The translations under genes were made by a program, and so were the position numbers. DNA of 42,085 bases from an uncultured bacterium (GTDB taxonomy: Bacteria > Lernaellota > Lernaellaia > Lernaellales > Lernaellaceae), in the NCBI GenBank assembly GCA_964534375.1, contig CAZHPN010000030.1:1-42085 (forward strand). The letters run 5' to 3'. Position 1 is the stretch's first letter. The number at the start of each line of letters is the position of its first letter. Positions 38,402 to 42,085 of the stretch are shown here, piece after piece. Under the pieces are notes generated by a model. The model had not been told where the DNA came from. It saw only the letters and a list, made by a program, of their open reading frames with translations, and made no database searches.

Positions 38402-39093
38402 ACGCAGCCCCCAAGATTTTGTTGATCGAAGACGACCCGCAGATTCGCAAGTTGCTGCGCGTCACCCTGCCCGCGAACGGCTACGATCTGCTCGAAGCCG
38501 AGTGTGGCGAAGAGGGCGTGCAGATGACGGCGTCGCACAACCCCGAGGCGATCATCCTCGATCTCGGGCTGCCGGACATCGACGGCCTGGAAGTCGTGCG
38601 GCGCGTGCGCGAATGGAGCGCGACGCCGATCGTCGTGCTCACCGCGCGCGGCCAGGACCAGGAAAAGGTCCGCACCCTCGACGCCGGCGCCGACGACTAT
38701 CTGACCAAGCCGTTCAGCACGCCGGAATTGCTGGCCCGGCTGCGCGTCGCCCTGCGCCATGCGGCGCGCGCCGGGTCCGAAACGGCCGAACCCGTCGTGA
38801 CATTCGGCGACATCCGCGTCGATTTCGCCAAGCGCCAGGTGTTTCTGCGCGACGCCGAGGTGCACCTGACGCCGATCGAGTACAAGCTCTTCTCGACCCT
38901 GGTCCGCAACGCCGGCAAGGTGCTGACGCATCGCCAGCTATTGAAAGAAGTGTGGGGACCGTCGTATGTGGAGCAGACGCAATACCTGCGCGTCTTCATG
39001 GGCGCCTTGCGGCAGAAACTCGAAGCCGACCCCGCCCGCCCGCGCTTTCTGACCACCGAACCCGGCGTCGGCTATCGCTTGAAAAACGACTGA
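38398..39093 (+). CDS. kdpE: Response regulator KdpE
   Basis: ILDLGLPDIDG, GADDYLTKPF, LTHRQLLKEVWG, YLRVFMGALRQKLE. Confidence 0.97.
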   Translation: MNAAPKILLIEDDPQIRKLLRVTLPANGYDLLEAECGEEGVQMTASHNPEAIILDLGLPDIDGLEVVRRVREWSATPIVVLTARGQDQEKVRTLDAGADDYLTKPFSTPELLARLRVALRHAARAGSETAEPVVTFGDIRVDFAKRQVFLRDAEVHLTPIEYKLFSTLVRNAGKVLTHRQLLKEVWGPSYVEQTQYLRVFMGALRQKLEADPARPRFLTTEPGVGYRLKND

Positions 39094-39273
39094 TATCAAT
39101 GTTCCACCTGAAACAGCGCAATTTATGTTTTATCGCTGTTCACCGCCATGAAACTGCGAACATGGGGGATGTCTTTATTTTCTGTCTTATTCAACCGCGA
39201 ATGCACGCGAATAGGATCACGTCAAACGTGATTGGGGCTTAGTCGCAGTTTGCGACGACGAAGCCTTGCCTGG

Positions 39274-40065
39274 TCAGTCCCGCACGCAACGGAACCCGAC
39301 GTCGCCGCTGCGATGCGTCGGGTCGACCCGAAACCGGCTGCACGCGCGCACGCCCCAGGGGTCGCTGCTCCAGGAGCCGCCGCGCGCCACCCGCGTTTGT
39401 CCCGTGCCCGGTCCGTGCGGGTTGTCCGCCGGCGCCGACGTATACGGGGCGTACCAGTCGGCGCACCATTCCCAGACATTGCCCAGCATGTCGTACAGAC
39501 CGTAGGCGTTCGGCTGCTTCTGGCCCACGGGATGCGTCTTGCCGCCGGAGTTTTTCTTGTGCCACGCCACGGCATCCAGGTCGCCGTGGCGGCCGCCGGC
39601 GGCGCCGCCGCGGGCCGCGAATTCCCACTCGGCTTCCGTCGGCAAGCGCTTGCCCACTTTGGCGCAGTAGCTTTGCGCATCGGCCCAACTCACCTGCTCG
39701 ACCGGACAACCGGGGCCGCCGGACGTATGACTCGGATTGCGGTTCATTACCTTTTGGTACTGCGCCTGGGTGACCGGTTTCGCGTCCATCCAAAACGCGT
39801 TCACCGTCACTTGATGCACCGGCGTTTCATTGCCGCCGTGCTCCTTATCGCCGGGCGGGCAGCCCATCATGAACGTCCCGCCGGGAATCCGGACCATGCC
39901 CGCGGCGCCGGCGGTCGCCGCCGGCGCGGACCCGGCCAACGCCGGCGCGGACCCGGCCAACGGCGACGCGACCTTTACCGACGCCACGCGTTGGCGGCGA
40001 AGGTACAGCAACACGACCAATACGAGCAGTATCACCAAGCCCAAAACGACCGCCCACGTACTCAT
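39274..40065 (-). CDS. Membrane-anchored FGE-sulfatase (SUMF1/CLec-fold) domain protein
   Basis: N-terminal TM; IPGGTFMMG, RLPTEAEWEFAARGG, YDMLGNVWEW, GFRCVRD; AAGGAG RBS. Confidence 0.9.
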   Translation of the reverse strand: MSTWAVVLGLVILLVLVVLLYLRRQRVASVKVASPLAGSAPALAGSAPAATAGAAGMVRIPGGTFMMGCPPGDKEHGGNETPVHQVTVNAFWMDAKPVTQAQYQKVMNRNPSHTSGGPGCPVEQVSWADAQSYCAKVGKRLPTEAEWEFAARGGAAGGRHGDLDAVAWHKKNSGGKTHPVGQKQPNAYGLYDMLGNVWEWCADWYAPYTSAPADNPHGPGTGQTRVARGGSWSSDPWGVRACSRFRVDPTHRSGDVGFRCVRD

Positions 40066-40221
40066 GTCCGACTCCTTGGCCGACGATTCATCGGCATGTC
40101 TCCGCCGCCTTCGCGACGAACACAGCGGTTTTCAGTCGTTCTCGGTTGAGCGTTGCTTACGATGTGCCCCACGTTTACCAAGGCCGGATCGCGGCGTCAA
40201 GCAAGCGGCCGGTCGGCGCGC

Positions 40222-40340
40222 GGGCAGTGACGATGACGACGATAACTCGCCGGCCGACGATGACGACGACGCCCCGCTCCTTCACGCCGTGGGGGGCAGT
40301 TCGGCGGCGGACATGCTCGCCCTCGGTTGCCTTGGGGGGA
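40222..40340 (+). pseudogene. Remnant of an Asp-linker/VWGSS-repeat protein gene
   Basis: GSDDDDDNSPADDDDDAPLLHAVGGSSAADMLALG resembles the linker plus one repeat of the 12069-13634 protein; no proper start. Confidence 0.45.
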
Positions 40341-40578
40341 GGCTTTTTGCGATCAGGGCTTGATCTTGCATGTCGGTGGTAGACGCGCGTCGCGATCGGA
40401 CCCATCGGCTACTGGAAAGACCTCCTAGAATTCGGCTGGTTTTTTCAGCACATAGTGCGGCTGAACACATGTTCTTTTGAGAGCAATGCCCGTATTGGCA
40501 TTGACCCGCGCCCTCTTTCGCCTATACTTGGCGGACCGTGGCCGGCATCGGCCGTCGGAGATCGGCGTAAGTCAAAGG

Positions 40579-41508
40579 ATGGCAAGTCACATCATCGCCA
40601 AACCTTCTCGTCGGGATTTTCTTCGCGGATCATTGGCCTTGGCCGGAGCGGCGCTGCTCGTCAAGCCGCATCCGGCGTGGGCGGCGCCCGACGGGCAGGC
40701 GCTCACGGCGGAATTCGCCGGACCGTGGGGCGTCGCGTTCGACGGCCAAGGGCGGCTTTTCGTTTCCGATCCGGGGACTTACCGCATCGTCGCGATTTCG
40801 CCCGACGGCGAAGTTCTCGGCGAATTCGGCGCGCCCGGGTCCGCCGCGGGCGGACTCAACTATCCGACCGGGCTCGCGGTTTTCGGCGACGACCTTTACG
40901 TTTGCGACACCAACAACGGGCGGATTTCCGTTTGGAGTCTGGCCGGCGAGCCGCGGCAGATCATCGGCAGCCTGGGCATCGCCACCGCCAAGCTGGCCGC
41001 GCCGAACGGCGTGTTCGCCGCCGAAAAGTGGCTTTGGGTCGCCAACACGCGCGGGCACGTGCTGCAACGTTACGACCGGCGGACCGGCGTCATGGACCGC
41101 GCCTTCGGCCGGCTGGGCGACGACCCGGCGCGGCTGCCGGCGGGGACGATCGACTACCGCCTGCGCCAGCCGACGGCGGTCGCGGCCGACGATGGCGGCC
41201 GGATTTACCTGCTCGATTCCAAACACGGCCGGATTCTCGCCGTCGATGAGGATGGCCGCCTCGCGTGGGAAGCGCATCCGAACTTTCTCGGCAAGGGGCT
41301 GGTTCGGCCGCAGGGGTTGGCGTGGTTCGAGGGGGCGCTCTACGTGGCGGACGCCGGCAACGACCGCATTCTCAAACTCGACGAAAACGGCTTGACCAGC
41401 GACGCGCGCACGGGCCTGGCCGACCCGCGCGGGATCGCCATCGCCGCCGGCCGGATTGCCGTGGCGCAGTTCCAGCCGAAAACCGTGCGTTTGATGGACG
41501 TCTTCTGA
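40579..41508 (+). CDS. Tat-exported NHL-repeat (beta-propeller) protein
   Basis: SRRDFL twin-arginine signal; repeats FAGPWGVA, LNYPTGLA, LYVCDTNNGRI, LYVADAGNDRI. Confidence 0.88.
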   Translation: MASHIIAKPSRRDFLRGSLALAGAALLVKPHPAWAAPDGQALTAEFAGPWGVAFDGQGRLFVSDPGTYRIVAISPDGEVLGEFGAPGSAAGGLNYPTGLAVFGDDLYVCDTNNGRISVWSLAGEPRQIIGSLGIATAKLAAPNGVFAAEKWLWVANTRGHVLQRYDRRTGVMDRAFGRLGDDPARLPAGTIDYRLRQPTAVAADDGGRIYLLDSKHGRILAVDEDGRLAWEAHPNFLGKGLVRPQGLAWFEGALYVADAGNDRILKLDENGLTSDARTGLADPRGIAIAAGRIAVAQFQPKTVRLMDVF

Positions 41509-41831
41509 TGGAATCGCTCGTTTTCCGGGCGACGGCCGTGCTGCTCGTCGGCGGTTGGCTGTACGCCGAATTGTTCGTGCGCCGCCGGGCCGCGCGCGGC
41601 ACGCTCGTCCGCGCGCTCGACGCCGACGGCCCGGGCGCCTGGCTGCAAACCGCGTGGCTCGTGCGCACCGACGCCGGCGCCCTGGTCGAAGCGCGCGCCC
41701 AGGGCTGCGTGCAATGCCAGGGCGGCCTGCGGCCCGGGCGGCGGGTCGGCCTGCTGCGCGAACGCGGCGGTTTCGTCGTCGCGCTCTCCGAACGCCCCTG
41801 CGACGGGCCGCGTTGCGGCGAAGGGGCATGA
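41508..41831 (+). CDS. Small membrane protein with CxxC
   Basis: TGATG coupling to the upstream gene; one TM; GCVQC. Confidence 0.65.
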   Translation: MESLVFRATAVLLVGGWLYAELFVRRRAARGTLVRALDADGPGAWLQTAWLVRTDAGALVEARAQGCVQCQGGLRPGRRVGLLRERGGFVVALSERPCDGPRCGEGA

Positions 41832-42085
41832 TGGCGAACCCGATCGGCTATCTCACCCTGGCCATCTTCCTCGCGGCGATGATTCTGACGCTGTTGCGCA
41901 AGATCAATCTGCCGGTGCAGACGGTGCTCGTGCTCGTGGCGCTGCTGTGCCTGGGGATCGGCGCCGTCGCGCGCGGCGCCGCCGAGGGCTGGAACGGCGT
42001 GCTGGCGCTGCCCAACGAAATGATGGGCGGCATCATCCTGCACCCGGTCACGGCGCTGCTCGCCGGCTTGTTCATGGCCGGCGCG
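41828..42085 (+). CDS. Multi-TM transporter (possibly citrate/ion transporter family), N-terminus, truncated by window
   Basis: ATGA overlap; MMANPIGYLTLAIFLAAMILTLL...IILHPVTALLAGLFMAGA. Confidence 0.6.
   Translation, partial: MMANPIGYLTLAIFLAAMILTLLRKINLPVQTVLVLVALLCLGIGAVARGAAEGWNGVLALPNEMMGGIILHPVTALLAGLFMAGA

Overview
High-GC bacterial chromosome segment. Asp/Asn-rich linker lipoproteins, a GGCGC-tailed surface protein and several DUF1566/FGE domains suggest a Myxococcota-like or related deltaproteobacterial lineage (inference). Left part (1-11 kb): end of a GH13 glycosidase, a membrane/spermidine-synthase/TPR fusion, htpG, a lipoprotein and a large S8 peptidase with FG-GAP repeats. Middle (about 11.1-22.2 kb): a visibly lower-GC accessory region with a cassette-like layout. 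A ~120-160 bp repeat (terminator hairpin plus a start-less gene 3' end) occurs 4 times plus one partial copy. It separates cargo genes: hicB with an amber-interrupted hicA, three DUF1566/CLec proteins (two with DGR-like variable tails), a beta-helix protein and two frameshifted hypotheticals. Two other non-coding motifs each recur upstream of unrelated genes. A GNAT-methyltransferase gene sits between 153-bp direct repeats of a histidine phosphatase 3' end. No integrase, transposase or reverse transcriptase is visible. Right part: lipoproteins, a ceramidase-like protein, a DSD1-like PLP enzyme, nitroreductase, an FGE-domain protein, an ERG2/sigma-1-receptor homolog, a complete kdpFABCDE operon with an extra upstream micro-peptide, a second FGE protein and the start of an NHL/transporter operon. 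All calls are by eye; no searches were run.
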